Shown here piece by piece: positions 18,694-28,740 of a DNA stretch of 64,000 nt (its first letter is position 1; every line of letters starts with the position of its first letter). Source of the DNA: Nannocystis bainbridge. GTDB lineage: Bacteria; Myxococcota_A; Polyangia; Nannocystales; Nannocystaceae. The notes under the pieces were generated by a model, which made no database searches, was not told where the DNA came from, and worked only from the letters and a program-made list of their open reading frames with translations. Where the stretch lies: NCBI RefSeq assembly GCF_028368995.1, contig NZ_JAQNDL010000003.1:1376001-1440000 (forward strand). The letters are read 5' to 3'. The position numbers and the translations under genes are program-made.

Positions 18694-20019
18694 TCACGGT
18701 CTCGCGGGGGTAGTCGCCGGCCCGGGCCGACCCGTCACGGGTCGGCGCACGATTTTTTGATTTTCTTTTGCTGGCGGCTTCTCGGCCTTGCCGGCCCCGG
18801 GCTTGTCGAACTCCGGGCCCAGCGACGCCGCGCCTTCGCGGCGGATGTCGTCCATGATCACCGGGAAATCGGCCTGGGTCACCGTCGTGCCCTCTGCGAG
18901 CGGCAGCGGGAAATTCTTCGGCAGCCAGGTGCCGAACTCGAACTCGACGGTCACGAGGTCGGAGATCTCCCGCTCGCCGATCCGGTGGTCGATGACCAGC
19001 GGCAGCGGCGGCGGCTGGCCGGAGCAGGCCTCACGGATCGCCGGAGCCGACACCAGCCACGCCGGCACCTGCGGCTCGGTATGGATATAGCGTCGCGTCA
19101 CCAGCGTGAACTCCGGCACCCGCTTGCTCGAGTCCCACCACAGCCCGTCGACCGCCTGCATCGCCGCTCGTGCCCCGTCCTTCGACACCACCCCGAGGCG
19201 GCGCAGGCCCTCGCGGATCCACGCCTGCATCGCCAGGTCGTACTCCTCGCGCGAGCGGATCTCGCCCGCCAGGATCAGCCCCGTCGCCAGGTTGATGCCG
19301 AGCACGTTCGAGTACACGTCCTCCGGCGAGAACGACGACAGCCGCTCCGACACGCCCGGCACGCTCTCGAAGCCGTACCACGTGACCACCTCGTGCCACG
19401 TCGACAGCTGATAGACCGCCCAGCTCGCCAGCATGGCCGCCGTCTTCCACCGCCCGTGGCGCGCCAGCAGCCCCTCCGGCAGCGGCTTCACCACCACCCG
19501 CCGCTTCGTGCCCTCCTCTGGCCAATCGATGGTCGCCCCGTCGGGCAATCGTCGCACCAGCTGCAGCGTCAAGAACAGCGTGCGGTCGGCCATGTCGCGC
19601 ACGTGGGCGATGTCGAGGAACCCGCCGCGGCAGGTGTAGACCAGCCCGTTGCGCTCGCGCGTCGCCTCGCCCTTGTCGTAGCCGTGCGGCCCGATCTCCT
19701 CCGGCGCGCGGATGTTCTCGTTCTTGTACAGCGGCACCGGCACCGGCCCGACCTCCGCCCGCAGGTCCTGGCCGAACGCGCAGCACGGCCGCAGCTTCTT
19801 CGGTGGGTCGAACACCGGCACGCTGGCCGGGTCGAAGCTCGTCCCGACGTCGGCCGGGTCTCGCAGCGCGCGCGCGACCTCGCGGCTGTCGACCATCAGC
19901 GGCGCCTGCCACGTCGGCGCGCACGCCGAGAGCACGGCGACGATCGGTGCAAGCAATCGCCCGAGGGCGATTCGCCCGGCCCTTCTGGGTATGACGGCAC
20001 TCGCGTGTGCGCTTCGCAC
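18694..20019 (-). CDS. DUF4056-like lipoprotein
   Basis: VLSAC lipobox, LRPCCAFG, NGLVYTCRGGFLDIAHVRD, SFSPEDVYSN. Confidence 0.8.
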   Translation of the reverse strand: MRSAHASAVIPRRAGRIALGRLLAPIVAVLSACAPTWQAPLMVDSREVARALRDPADVGTSFDPASVPVFDPPKKLRPCCAFGQDLRAEVGPVPVPLYKNENIRAPEEIGPHGYDKGEATRERNGLVYTCRGGFLDIAHVRDMADRTLFLTLQLVRRLPDGATIDWPEEGTKRRVVVKPLPEGLLARHGRWKTAAMLASWAVYQLSTWHEVVTWYGFESVPGVSERLSSFSPEDVYSNVLGINLATGLILAGEIRSREEYDLAMQAWIREGLRRLGVVSKDGARAAMQAVDGLWWDSSKRVPEFTLVTRRYIHTEPQVPAWLVSAPAIREACSGQPPPLPLVIDHRIGEREISDLVTVEFEFGTWLPKNFPLPLAEGTTVTQADFPVIMDDIRREGAASLGPEFDKPGAGKAEKPPAKENQKIVRRPVTGRPGPATTPARP

Positions 20020-20040
20020 GGTCTATGCTCTGATCGCGAC

Positions 20041-21630
20041 ATGCACGTCCGGCAATGTCTGGTGCTCCTCCTCGTCTGCAGCGCGCTCGGCCTGGGCGTC
20101 ACGCTGGCGCTGGGCGTGACCTATTCCGACCGCCTCTCGTCGCACGCCACCGGCTTCTTCGCTGTCGAGGTCGACGACGCGATCGCCGCGAACGCCGAGC
20201 CGCGTAGACCGCGCCGCAGCGTGCTCGTGGTCGTCGACGGTCTGGGTCACGAGGCCGCGCGGACCATGGGCGCGATCGCGCTCCTGCGCGAGCACGGTCA
20301 GTGCCGCAAGACCGCCGTCGGCGTGCCCTCGATGTCGCGGCCGGTCTACGCCACGATCTCCACCGGCCTCGAGCAGGACCGCACCGGCGCCCGCGGCAAC
20401 GACGACGAGTCGCCCCTGTTCGCGCGATCGATCTGGCAGCAGGCCCGCGCCGCCGGCCTCTCGGTCGCCGCCGTCAGCGAGCTGACATGGTGGCAGGACC
20501 TTTTCCCCGGCGCCTTCACCAGCTACGCCGTGCTCGGCCTCGAGGATGACTACTTCGCCGCGCTCCCGCCGGCCGACCTCCAGCTCGTCCACCCGCTCTA
20601 CGTCGACGAGGCCGGCCACGAGTTCGGGGCCGCCTCGCCGGAGTACGCCGAAGCGGTCGCGCGCGCCGATCGCGAGCTCGGCGGCCTGCTGCGCGGCCTC
20701 GACTTCAGCCAGGACCTCGTGGTCCTCACCGCCGACCACGGCCACTCGCTGCGCGGCGGCCACGGCGGCGACCAGGACGCGATCGCCAATGTCATGACTT
20801 GCCACGCCGGCTTCGGCGTCCGCCGCGACCCAGACTACGGCCATTTGCGAATCACCACAGTCGCCCCGTCCTTGGCGCTGCTGCTCGGCCTGCCGTTCCC
20901 GAACCACATGCGCGCCGGCGACGACGACCTCGACGCCCTGTGGGCCATCGTCGACCCGTCGGCCTTCCCGGCCGCCTACCTCGAAGATCGCCGCGCCGCC
21001 GTCGAGCGGTTCCGCCGCGCCAACGAGGACGCCGTGCGCGCCTGGCTGCCCGCGACCGGCGGCAGCTGGGACGCCTTTTACGACGCCTACCGCCAGCGCC
21101 ACCGCAGCGGCGCGCGGGTGCTGGTCGCCGCCCTGGCGCTGGTGTGCCTGCTCCACCTCTACCTCCACCGCCGGCGCGAGCGACAGGGCGAGGCCCGCAG
21201 CGCCGCCCTGTTCGGGCTCGGCTTCGTCGCGGTGTTCGGGGCCGTCACCTACGCCCTGCAGGTCGGCCTGCGCGGCAGCTTCGACCTCAGCTCGGTCGCC
21301 GGCCGCGGCGAGTTCATCGGCTTCACCCTCACCCTCGGCGTCGGCTGGACCGCCCTCGCCGTGCTGGTCCACTGGCTGGCGCGCCGCGACGCCTGCGCCC
21401 TGATGCTCGATCTCGCCGCGATCCTGGTGATCGGCTCGGTCCTCGGCGCCGCCCACCCGCTGATCCTCGGCTGGCGCCTCGGCTTCCCGGTCCCCTCGCC
21501 GACGGTCTATTTCTTCCCCTACTTCGCCGCCCTGATGATCCCCGCGGTCGCCGGCGTCGCCGTGATCGTCGCCGCCGTGGTCGGCCTGCGCCCGCTGCGG
21601 CGCCGCTCGGACATGATCGCCAGGACATGA
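20041..21630 (+). CDS. Alkaline-phosphatase-superfamily membrane protein
   Basis: VVVDGL, PSMSRP, DEAGH, TADHGH; N-terminal anchor and several C-terminal TM helices. Confidence 0.8.
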   Translation: MHVRQCLVLLLVCSALGLGVTLALGVTYSDRLSSHATGFFAVEVDDAIAANAEPRRPRRSVLVVVDGLGHEAARTMGAIALLREHGQCRKTAVGVPSMSRPVYATISTGLEQDRTGARGNDDESPLFARSIWQQARAAGLSVAAVSELTWWQDLFPGAFTSYAVLGLEDDYFAALPPADLQLVHPLYVDEAGHEFGAASPEYAEAVARADRELGGLLRGLDFSQDLVVLTADHGHSLRGGHGGDQDAIANVMTCHAGFGVRRDPDYGHLRITTVAPSLALLLGLPFPNHMRAGDDDLDALWAIVDPSAFPAAYLEDRRAAVERFRRANEDAVRAWLPATGGSWDAFYDAYRQRHRSGARVLVAALALVCLLHLYLHRRRERQGEARSAALFGLGFVAVFGAVTYALQVGLRGSFDLSSVAGRGEFIGFTLTLGVGWTALAVLVHWLARRDACALMLDLAAILVIGSVLGAAHPLILGWRLGFPVPSPTVYFFPYFAALMIPAVAGVAVIVAAVVGLRPLRRRSDMIART

Positions 21631-21689
21631 CGGAATGGACATGCCCGATGGGGCATGTCACCGAGGACATGCCCCATCGGACATGTCCT
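21609..21689. repeat. Six-unit 14-bp-period palindrome array
   Basis: CATG at 21612, 21626, 21640, 21654, 21668, 21682. Confidence 0.92.
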
Positions 21690-22628
21690 TCAGCTCACCC
21701 GGCGGATGCGGAACGGCAGCATCGTCTGGACCAGCGGCGAGCAGAAGCGTGCCAGTGACAGCGACTCGTGGACCGCCCGCACCGGCACCTGGCCGACGCG
21801 GGTGGCCACCTGGGTGCGCGCGTAGAACGGCGTGTCCTCGAGCGTGCGGATGACGGTGGCGGGGGCCCCGTCGGTCCGGGTCGAGCGGGGGATCCACCAG
21901 CGGGTGCGGCCGAGCTTCATCGCGTGCGAAGCGGCCAGCGGCTCGACCTGGCCGTCGGCGTGGAACACCCGCCCGAGCTGCAGCTGGCTGCCGTCGCAGC
22001 GGCGGGCGTCGTACAGCACCACCGTGCGGTCCGGCAGGGCCGCGCGCGACCAGTTCCAGTCGACGAACGCCGCCTCGAGCGGCTCCTCGCCGAAGTTCGC
22101 GTCGTGGTAGCCGGTCCCGCGCAGCGTCAGCGCCGGCGCCGACAGCTCGGCCACCACGTGCGCGTGCGGGGCCGCCGGGTACCACCTGTGACGGCCGCGG
22201 GCGTCGAGCCGCTCCGGGCTGTCGGGGAACGCCGACGGGTACAGGCGCACCGTCCCCGTCACCCGCTGCCCGAGCACCGCCGTGCGCTCGTCGAAGCGGA
22301 CCACCAGGCAATCGCCCTCCCACGCCATCGAGCTGCTGCCGACCTGCAGCCGGTCCGGCCGGCGCTCGACCTCGCTGGCGCCGTACTCGGAGAACACCCA
22401 CGCGTCGCTGCCTGGCCCGTACAGCGCCACGTTGATCGCACAGTGCTCCATCGGGTCGGCCGCGCCCGCCGGGGCCTTCGCGCGGGCCTTGGCGTAGTAC
22501 GGCGAGAACACGCTGCCGACGAAGGCGATGATCGTCAGTCCGTGGCGGCCGTCGTCGCTGAGCGCGTCGAGGTACCACCAGCCGTAGCCGCCCGGAGGGA
22601 CCACCCGGTCGAACAGAGGCCCGCGCAC
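21690..22628 (-). CDS. crtC: Carotenoid 1,2-hydratase (hydroxyneurosporene synthase)
   Basis: GYGWWYLDALSDDG, IIAFVGSVFSPYY, GYHDANFG, WNWSR, LEDTPFYAR, MLPFR; start uncertain, overlaps crtD. Confidence 0.88.
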   Translation of the reverse strand: MRGPLFDRVVPPGGYGWWYLDALSDDGRHGLTIIAFVGSVFSPYYAKARAKAPAGAADPMEHCAINVALYGPGSDAWVFSEYGASEVERRPDRLQVGSSSMAWEGDCLVVRFDERTAVLGQRVTGTVRLYPSAFPDSPERLDARGRHRWYPAAPHAHVVAELSAPALTLRGTGYHDANFGEEPLEAAFVDWNWSRAALPDRTVVLYDARRCDGSQLQLGRVFHADGQVEPLAASHAMKLGRTRWWIPRSTRTDGAPATVIRTLEDTPFYARTQVATRVGQVPVRAVHESLSLARFCSPLVQTMLPFRIRRVS

Positions 22629-24100
22629 GCCGTCGCCGCGGCGAACCGCCCGCTCAGGGTCGCCATCGGCACCCCCGCCCCCGGATGCACGCTGCCCCCG
22701 GCCACATACAGCCCCGGCAGCTTCGTCGTCGCCGTCGGCCGCCCCAGCGCGTCCAGCAGCCCCCGCGTCGCCGTCCCGTACAGCCCCCCGCCCGAGCCGG
22801 GGAACCTCGCCGCGAAGTCGTCGGGCGTCGTCACCCGCGGCGGCTCCGCGGGCGCCATCGACAACCCGCAGCGCTCGATCACTCGCCATGTCGCTCGTTC
22901 GCATGCCTCGATCTCCCTCGCCGTGAGCCACCCTTCGCCACCGCGTGGCGGCGCGTTCACCAGTACGAACAGGCGCTCCCCCGCGACCGGGACGCCGTCT
23001 CCCTGGCGGTCCGGCGCACACACATAGACCGTCGGCTCGGCCGGGAGCGCCCCGCGGTCCATCAGGGCCGTGAACTCGGCCGCGTAGTCCCGCGAGAACA
23101 GCACGTTGTGATAGGCCAGCGGCCAGCCGCCGGTCTGCCCGCGCAGGCACCACGTCACCGCCGACAGCGACCGCCGCGACCGCGGGGGCGCCTTCACGGC
23201 CCGGGCCGCCGCCGGGCCGAGCCGGCCGTCGCCCAGCGCCGCCAGGTCGCCGGCGAAGATCACCGCCTCCGCCGGCACCCGCTCGCCCGACGCCAGCCGG
23301 ACCGCCCGCACGCACGAATCGGCCTCGATCGCCGCCACCTCGGCCTCGCAGCGGATCTCCGCCCCGTGGCGGCGGGCCAGCTCGGCCACCGCCCCCGTCA
23401 GCGCCGACATCCCGCCCACCGGGGCCCACACCCCGGTCTGCTCGACGTGGGCGATCAGGTTGAGGGTCGCCGGCGCCTCGAACGGGCTGCTGCCGTAGTA
23501 GGTCGCGTAGCGGGCGAACAGCTGGCGCAGCCGCGGATCCCGGAAATAATCGCCGAGGGACTTCCACATCGTGCGGTGGAAATCGAGCCCGAGGGCCCCC
23601 GGCAGCCCGCGCAGCCCGAGCGAGCCGACCAGGCTCGTCAACGTCGGCTGCGCGGCGCGGATGAACGGACCCTGGACTTTCTGGTAGATCGCCTCTGTAT
23701 GGCGGCAGAACGCGAGGTACCCGGAGGCGTCGGCCGCCGAGGCGAAGCGGGAGATGGCCGCCGCCGTGGCCTCGCGGTCCGCGTACAGGTCGAGCCGTTC
23801 GCCGTCCTGCCACGCGTGTCGCGCCAGCACCGACAGCGCTTGCAGGTGCACGTGGTCCGCCAGCGCATCGTCCGCGTCGGCGAACAGCGCCTCGAACACC
23901 CAGCGCATCGTCAGCACCGTCGGCCCCGCGTCGACCGGCTGGCCTCCGACCCACTCCTGGCGCACCTTGCCGCCGACCTCCGTGCCGCGCTCGAGCAGCA
24001 GCACCGCCGCCCCCCGGCGGGCACAATCCACCGCCGCCGCCAGGCCTCCGGCCCCGCCGCCGATCACGACCACGCGGGGGCTGTGCTTCGCCACCATCAT
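22535..24100 (-). CDS. crtD: 1-hydroxycarotenoid 3,4-desaturase (CrtI family)
   Basis: VIGGGAGG FAD motif, DAGPTVLTM, LFARYATYYGSSPF, SLSAVTW, GSVHPGAGVPMA; adjacent to crtC. Confidence 0.85.
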   Translation of the reverse strand: MMVAKHSPRVVVIGGGAGGLAAAVDCARRGAAVLLLERGTEVGGKVRQEWVGGQPVDAGPTVLTMRWVFEALFADADDALADHVHLQALSVLARHAWQDGERLDLYADREATAAAISRFASAADASGYLAFCRHTEAIYQKVQGPFIRAAQPTLTSLVGSLGLRGLPGALGLDFHRTMWKSLGDYFRDPRLRQLFARYATYYGSSPFEAPATLNLIAHVEQTGVWAPVGGMSALTGAVAELARRHGAEIRCEAEVAAIEADSCVRAVRLASGERVPAEAVIFAGDLAALGDGRLGPAAARAVKAPPRSRRSLSAVTWCLRGQTGGWPLAYHNVLFSRDYAAEFTALMDRGALPAEPTVYVCAPDRQGDGVPVAGERLFVLVNAPPRGGEGWLTAREIEACERATWRVIERCGLSMAPAEPPRVTTPDDFAARFPGSGGGLYGTATRGLLDALGRPTATTKLPGLYVAGGSVHPGAGVPMATLSGRFAAATACAGLCSTGWSLRAATAGGTSTRSATTAATD

Positions 24101-24133
24101 GACTGTCGCCAAATTATCGCGACCACTCCAGGT

Positions 24134-24194
24134 TTCAAGTCTTTGTCCAACGATCGGCCCTTTCATTGACAATCCTTGAACAAGCGAGCACACT
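24134..24194. promoter_or_regulatory. Divergent crtD/crtE promoter region with 11-bp-spaced TnnACA repeats (CarA/CarH-like operator candidate)
   Basis: TTGACA at 24166-24171 and TGAACA 11 bp later; TGGACA/TTGAAA 11 bp apart on the minus strand; locally AT-rich. Confidence 0.5.
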
Positions 24195-24246
24195 TTTGCG
24201 CCTAACTCTGACCTATGGGCGGCCCGGGCGGGCCTGAGCAGCGGCC

Positions 24247-25125
24247 ATGGAATCTCGACGGCGCATCGACCGAGCCCTCAAGACCTGCCTCGACCTGGCG
24301 ACGGCGCCACCCTGTCCGCCGCGCCTGGGGGATGCCATGCGCCACGCCGTCTTCCCGGGCGGCGCGCGATTTCGCCCCGAGTTCTGTCTCGCCGTCGCCG
24401 AGGCTTGCGGCGCCGCCCACCCGGCGATGGCCGACGCCGCCGCGGCTGCCGTCGAGCTGCTGCACTGCGCCTCGCTGGTCTACGACGACCTGCCGTGTTT
24501 CGACGACGCCGCCGTCCGCCGCGGCCACGCCACCGTGCACGCCGCCTTCGGCGAGGAGCTGGCGATCCTCGCCGGCAACGCCCTCATCGTGCTCGCCTTC
24601 GACGCCCTCGCCCGCGCCAGCGGCTCGCACCCGCACCTCTTGCCCGGCCTCTTGCGCGTGGTCGCCCGCGGAGTCGGCGGGCCTGCGGGCATCGTCGCCG
24701 GCCAGGGCTGGGAGTCCGAGGCCGGCCAGGGCGACCTCGGCCGTTACCACCGGGCCAAGACCGGCGCCCTGTTCGAGGCCGCCGTGATCGCCGGCGCCAT
24801 GACCGGCGGCGGCGACCCCCTGCAGTGGACCGGCCTCGGCTATCGCCTGGGCGAGGCCTACCAGATCGCCGACGACATCCGCGACGCCTACGGCCGGCCC
24901 GAGCTGCTCGGCAAGCCGGTCGGCCAGGACCGCGCCCATCACCGGCCCTCCGCCGTGCGCGAGCTGGGCCTCGGCGGCGCCACCAGCCACCTCGGCGAGC
25001 TCGTCGACCAGGCCGCCGGACGGATCCCCGCCTGCGCCGGCCGCAGCGACCTCCTGGCCCACCTCCGCCGCTGGTCCGAGCAGCTGCTCGCCGCCCCTCC
25101 GCCGCTCGCCGCCAGCCTCCCGTGA
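24247..25125 (+). CDS. crtE: Geranylgeranyl diphosphate synthase
   Basis: GGARFRP, LVYDDLPCFDD, RRG, KTGALF, YQIADD, GKPVGQD. Confidence 0.9.
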   Translation: MESRRRIDRALKTCLDLATAPPCPPRLGDAMRHAVFPGGARFRPEFCLAVAEACGAAHPAMADAAAAAVELLHCASLVYDDLPCFDDAAVRRGHATVHAAFGEELAILAGNALIVLAFDALARASGSHPHLLPGLLRVVARGVGGPAGIVAGQGWESEAGQGDLGRYHRAKTGALFEAAVIAGAMTGGGDPLQWTGLGYRLGEAYQIADDIRDAYGRPELLGKPVGQDRAHHRPSAVRELGLGGATSHLGELVDQAAGRIPACAGRSDLLAHLRRWSEQLLAAPPPLAASLP

Positions 25126-25405
25126 TTTGGCCCCGCGACGGCTCAGCCCCCCTGCGGAGCCGCGAAACGCCGCCCGCAGCCCTCGCGGCCCCTCGCGCCG
25201 GCCCCTCGCGCCGACCCCTCGAGCCTCGCGGAGCGCCGCCGGGACAGCGGTCTCGGCGGCGACGCGGCGGCTGGTCTCACGGTCCCGCACCTGCTTTCCC
25301 GCGGCCCTGGCGAGGCTCGCTCGCCTCACCGCTCGCCCCCGGCGCATTCGCCCTCGCTCGGCCCCGATCCTCGCGCAGACTCTCCTCTCTCACCCGAAAT
25401 TTCCC

Positions 25406-26128
25406 ATGACTCGACCGCCGCCGACCTTGCGCGCGCAGAAGCAGGCCGTCCCGCACGCCTTCGACCGCGTCGCCGCCCGCTACGACCTCCTCACCGGCAT
25501 GAACCCCGGCTACAGCCGGCACCTCGAGCGCAGCGCCGAGCGCATGCGCGTCCCCGACGAGGCTGCCCTTTTGGACCTGTGCTGTGGGACAGGTCTCTCC
25601 ACCCTCGCGCTCGTGCGCACCTACCCGCGCGCCCGCATCACCGGCCTCGACGCCTCGCAGGGCATGCTCGACCTGGCCCGCAAGAAGCCCGAGCTCACCG
25701 GCGTCCGCTTCCTCCACGGCGACGCCATGGACCCCGCGGCCCACGGCGCCGACGGCCCCTTCGACGGCATCCTCATGGCCTACGGCATCCGCAACATGCC
25801 GGACCCTGACCTGTGCCTGCGCCGGCTCTTGCCCCTGCTCAAGCCCGGCGGCGTCGTCTGCTTCCACGAGTACAGCGTGCGCGACTCGCTGCGGGCCCAC
25901 CTGGTGTGGAACGCCGTGTGCCTCGGCATCATCATCCCAGCCGGCCTCGTCACCTCGCCCGGCTCCGACATCTACCGCTACCTGCGCCGCAGCGTGAACG
26001 CCTTCGACGGCGCCGCCGCCTTCCAGCGGCGCCTGCAGGCGGCCGGCTTCTGCGACACCCAGGCCGCCAGCATGGACGGCTGGCAGGAGGGCATCGTCCA
26101 CACCTTCCTGGCCCGCCGCCCCGGCTGA
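25406..26128 (+). CDS. Class I SAM methyltransferase (UbiE-like, CrtT-like by context)
   Basis: AFDRVAARYD, LDLCCGTG, GLDASQGML, AYGIRN; directly upstream of crtU-like gene. Confidence 0.8.
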   Translation: MTRPPPTLRAQKQAVPHAFDRVAARYDLLTGMNPGYSRHLERSAERMRVPDEAALLDLCCGTGLSTLALVRTYPRARITGLDASQGMLDLARKKPELTGVRFLHGDAMDPAAHGADGPFDGILMAYGIRNMPDPDLCLRRLLPLLKPGGVVCFHEYSVRDSLRAHLVWNAVCLGIIIPAGLVTSPGSDIYRYLRRSVNAFDGAAAFQRRLQAAGFCDTQAASMDGWQEGIVHTFLARRPG

Positions 26129-26158
26129 GCCATACCTGGGACCGGGCCGCCCGCGCCG

Positions 26159-26480
26159 CCTGTCCCCGGGGACATCTCCCCAACCTGTCCCCGAACGCCA
26201 GGCCTCCGGGCTCATCCTCACCGACCTGTCCCCGAGGACATCCGACCTCCAGGGTGCCCTCATAACCTGTCCCCGAGGACACCCGACCTCAGCGCCCACC
26301 GACCTGTCCCGGGGACATCCCAACTCCGGGGCCGCTCTCACCGGCCCACCTCGAGGATCTCCGAGCCCGACCTCGCCTGCCTGTTCCCCCGACCTCGCCG
26401 ACCGAGGACATCCGGCCTCCGCACCCATCCTCGCCGACCTGTCCCCGGGGACATTCACCATACCTGCCCCGAGAGACATT
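26159..26480. repeat. Intergenic cluster of CCTGTCCCCGRGGACA palindromes
   Basis: At least five TGTCC-N4-GGACA copies (26161, 26227, 26268, 26305, 26440) plus degenerate ones. Confidence 0.85.
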
Positions 26481-26519
26481 TCTCCAATTCACGCCCTCAC
26501 GGCCGACCCGCCCCAAGCC

Positions 26520-28085
26520 ATGCTCGGAATCTCTCGCCGCCCCGCAAACGCCCCCGACCGCCGCGCCCCTCTCGCCTTGCCGCGGCCGCTCGAAGTCCTC
26601 GTCGTCGGCGGCGGCATCGCCGGGCTCGCGGCCGCCACGATCCTCGCCGAGCGAGGCGCGCGGGTCACCGTGCTCGAGCCCGACAATTTCCTCGGCGGCC
26701 GCGCCGGCGCCTGGAGCGACACCCTCGCCGACGGCAGCGCCTTCGAGATGGAGCGGGGCTTCCACGCCTTTTTCCGCCAGTACTACAATTTGCGCGCCTG
26801 GCTGCGGCGCATCGATCCGTCGCTCGGCTTCCTCCGCCCGGTCGAGGACTACCCGCTGCTCGGCCCCGGCGGCCTGCGCGAGTCGTTCGCCGGCCTGCCC
26901 AAGCTGCCGATCTGGAACCTCGTCAGCCTCATCCGTCGCAGCAGCAGCATGACCCTGCGCGACGCCCTGCGGGTCGACGACACCTGCGGGCGCGCCATCA
27001 TGGCCTACGACCCGGTCGCCACCTACGCCCAGTTCGACCGCCAAAGCGCCCAGGCCTTCCTCGACAAGCTCGGCTTCCCGCCGCAGGCGCGGCAGATGCT
27101 GTTCGATGTCTTTTCCCACTCCTTCTTCAACCCCGAGCAGGAGTTCAGCGCCGCCGAGCTGCTGATGATGTTCCACTTCTACTTCGTCGGTAACCCCGAG
27201 GGCATCGTCTTCGACGTCGCCGACGGCCCGTTCTCGAAGTCGATCTGGCAGCCGATGGCCGCCGTGCTCGAGCGCCGCGGCGTCCGCTTGTGCCTCGGCG
27301 AGGGCGCCGTCCATATCGACCGCGGGCCCGACGGCCGCCATCGGATCACCAGCTCCAAAGGCCAGGTCCACCACGCCGACGTGTGCATCCTCGCCGCCAG
27401 CGTGCCCGGCCTGCAGCAGCTCGTCGCCGACTCGCCCGGCCTCGGCCAACCGCGCGGCGCCGCCCCCGAAGATCCCGGCATCGGCCACTGCTGGCGCGAG
27501 CAGGTCGCCGCCCAGTCCGTCACCGCGCGCTTCGCCGTGTGGCGGCTGTGGCTCGACCGCCCGTGCGCCCCCGGCCGCGCCGCCTTTGTCGGCACCACCG
27601 GCCTCGGCCTCGTCGACAACATCTCGCTCTACCACCTGTTCGAGGACGAGAGCCGCGACTGGGCCGCGCGCACCGGCGGCAGCGTCGTCGAGCTGCACGC
27701 CTACGCCCTCCCCGGCGACGTCGACGACGACGCCATCCAGGCCGACCTGCGGCGCGCCCTCCACGAGCTCTACCCCGAGACCCGCGCCGCCAGGGTCCTC
27801 GACGAGCGCTTCTTCGTGCGCCAGGACTGCCCCGCCTTCCGCCCCGGCAGCCACCCGCAGCGCCTCCGCGTCGACACCTCCGACCCCACCCTCCACCTCG
27901 CCGGCGATTTCGTCCACACCCCGTTCCCGACCGCCCTGATGGAGCGCGCCGCCAGCACCGGCATCCTCGCCGCCAACCACGTGCTCCACCACCACGGCGC
28001 CGCCGAGGAGCCGCTGTGGTCCGTCCCCCCGCGCGGCCCGCTGGCCCGCCTCATCCACCGCAAGGGCCTGCGCAGCCCGGGGTGA
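26520..28085 (+). CDS. crtU: CrtU-like FAD-dependent carotenoid desaturase/aromatase (isorenieratene synthase family)
   Basis: VVGGGIAG, RGFHAFFRQYYNLR, LMMFHFYF, GGSVVELHAYA, LAGD...ALMERAA. Confidence 0.75.
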   Translation: MLGISRRPANAPDRRAPLALPRPLEVLVVGGGIAGLAAATILAERGARVTVLEPDNFLGGRAGAWSDTLADGSAFEMERGFHAFFRQYYNLRAWLRRIDPSLGFLRPVEDYPLLGPGGLRESFAGLPKLPIWNLVSLIRRSSSMTLRDALRVDDTCGRAIMAYDPVATYAQFDRQSAQAFLDKLGFPPQARQMLFDVFSHSFFNPEQEFSAAELLMMFHFYFVGNPEGIVFDVADGPFSKSIWQPMAAVLERRGVRLCLGEGAVHIDRGPDGRHRITSSKGQVHHADVCILAASVPGLQQLVADSPGLGQPRGAAPEDPGIGHCWREQVAAQSVTARFAVWRLWLDRPCAPGRAAFVGTTGLGLVDNISLYHLFEDESRDWAARTGGSVVELHAYALPGDVDDDAIQADLRRALHELYPETRAARVLDERFFVRQDCPAFRPGSHPQRLRVDTSDPTLHLAGDFVHTPFPTALMERAASTGILAANHVLHHHGAAEEPLWSVPPRGPLARLIHRKGLRSPG

Positions 28086-28088
28086 CCG

Positions 28089-28308
28089 CCTGTCCGAAGG
28101 GACAGGCCACCGCCACGAGCCGGCTCGTCGTCGGCCTCACTCCGCACCTGTCCGAACGGACAGGCACCTGGACGCGCCCACGAGCGTCGCCGGCTCGTCT
28201 TCGGCCTCACTCCGAACCTGTCCGAACGGACAGGCACCTGGCCGCGCCCACGAGCGCCGCGCTGGCTCGCCGTCGGCATCATCCCACCTGACCGAACGGA
28301 CAGGTCCT
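28089..28308. repeat. ~70-bp degenerate tandem repeat, each unit carrying CCTGTCCGAACGGACAGG
   Basis: cctcactccg..cctgtccgaacggacaggcacctgg at 28135 and 28205, with degenerate copies either side. Confidence 0.85.
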
Positions 28309-28740
28309 TCTCGCCGCCCCGAGCGCGACCGCAGCACCTGCCCGAGCCCGCGGGATCGACCCGCCCCTTCCCCGCGCGATCGCAGCAATCCGCGCACGCT
28401 CGCGGGCCCGTCGCCCTCGCGCCGCGTCCTTGTCGGTTGCGCACGACAGGACGAATCCCCGACCCCGCCCTCGTGGACGCGCGGGCTCGCTGGCGCGCGG
28501 GCGCCAGTGGTTCGGCGCCGCGCCTCGCCGGCCGGCGAATATACCGAGCCGCGAACCCTCGCAGATCGCCCGGAACCTGCGCCTCTGTCCATGCACGCGC
28601 GTGTCGCAGGACATGCGCGCACGCCTGCGGGCTCTACGCGGCTTCGCGGCCGTCAATCTCGCGCGCGGGCCCAAGGACCCCGGCCGAGGTCGAGGAAAAC
28701 GGCAGGGGCAATCCGGCTAGCGCCTCGCGTCGACCTCACT

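Noticed and set aside
18694-20019. DUF4056-like gene as CBASS effector
   Set aside because: Convergent orientation, lipoprotein signal and host-like codon usage.
20041-21630. PglZ/BREX-type phosphatase or CBASS nucleotide-degrading partner
   Set aside because: Exported domain with TM helices, host-like composition, outside the island, no brx genes.
21609-21689. 14-bp arrays as CRISPR
   Set aside because: Repeat (~10 bp) and spacer (4 bp) are far too short, and no cas genes are present.
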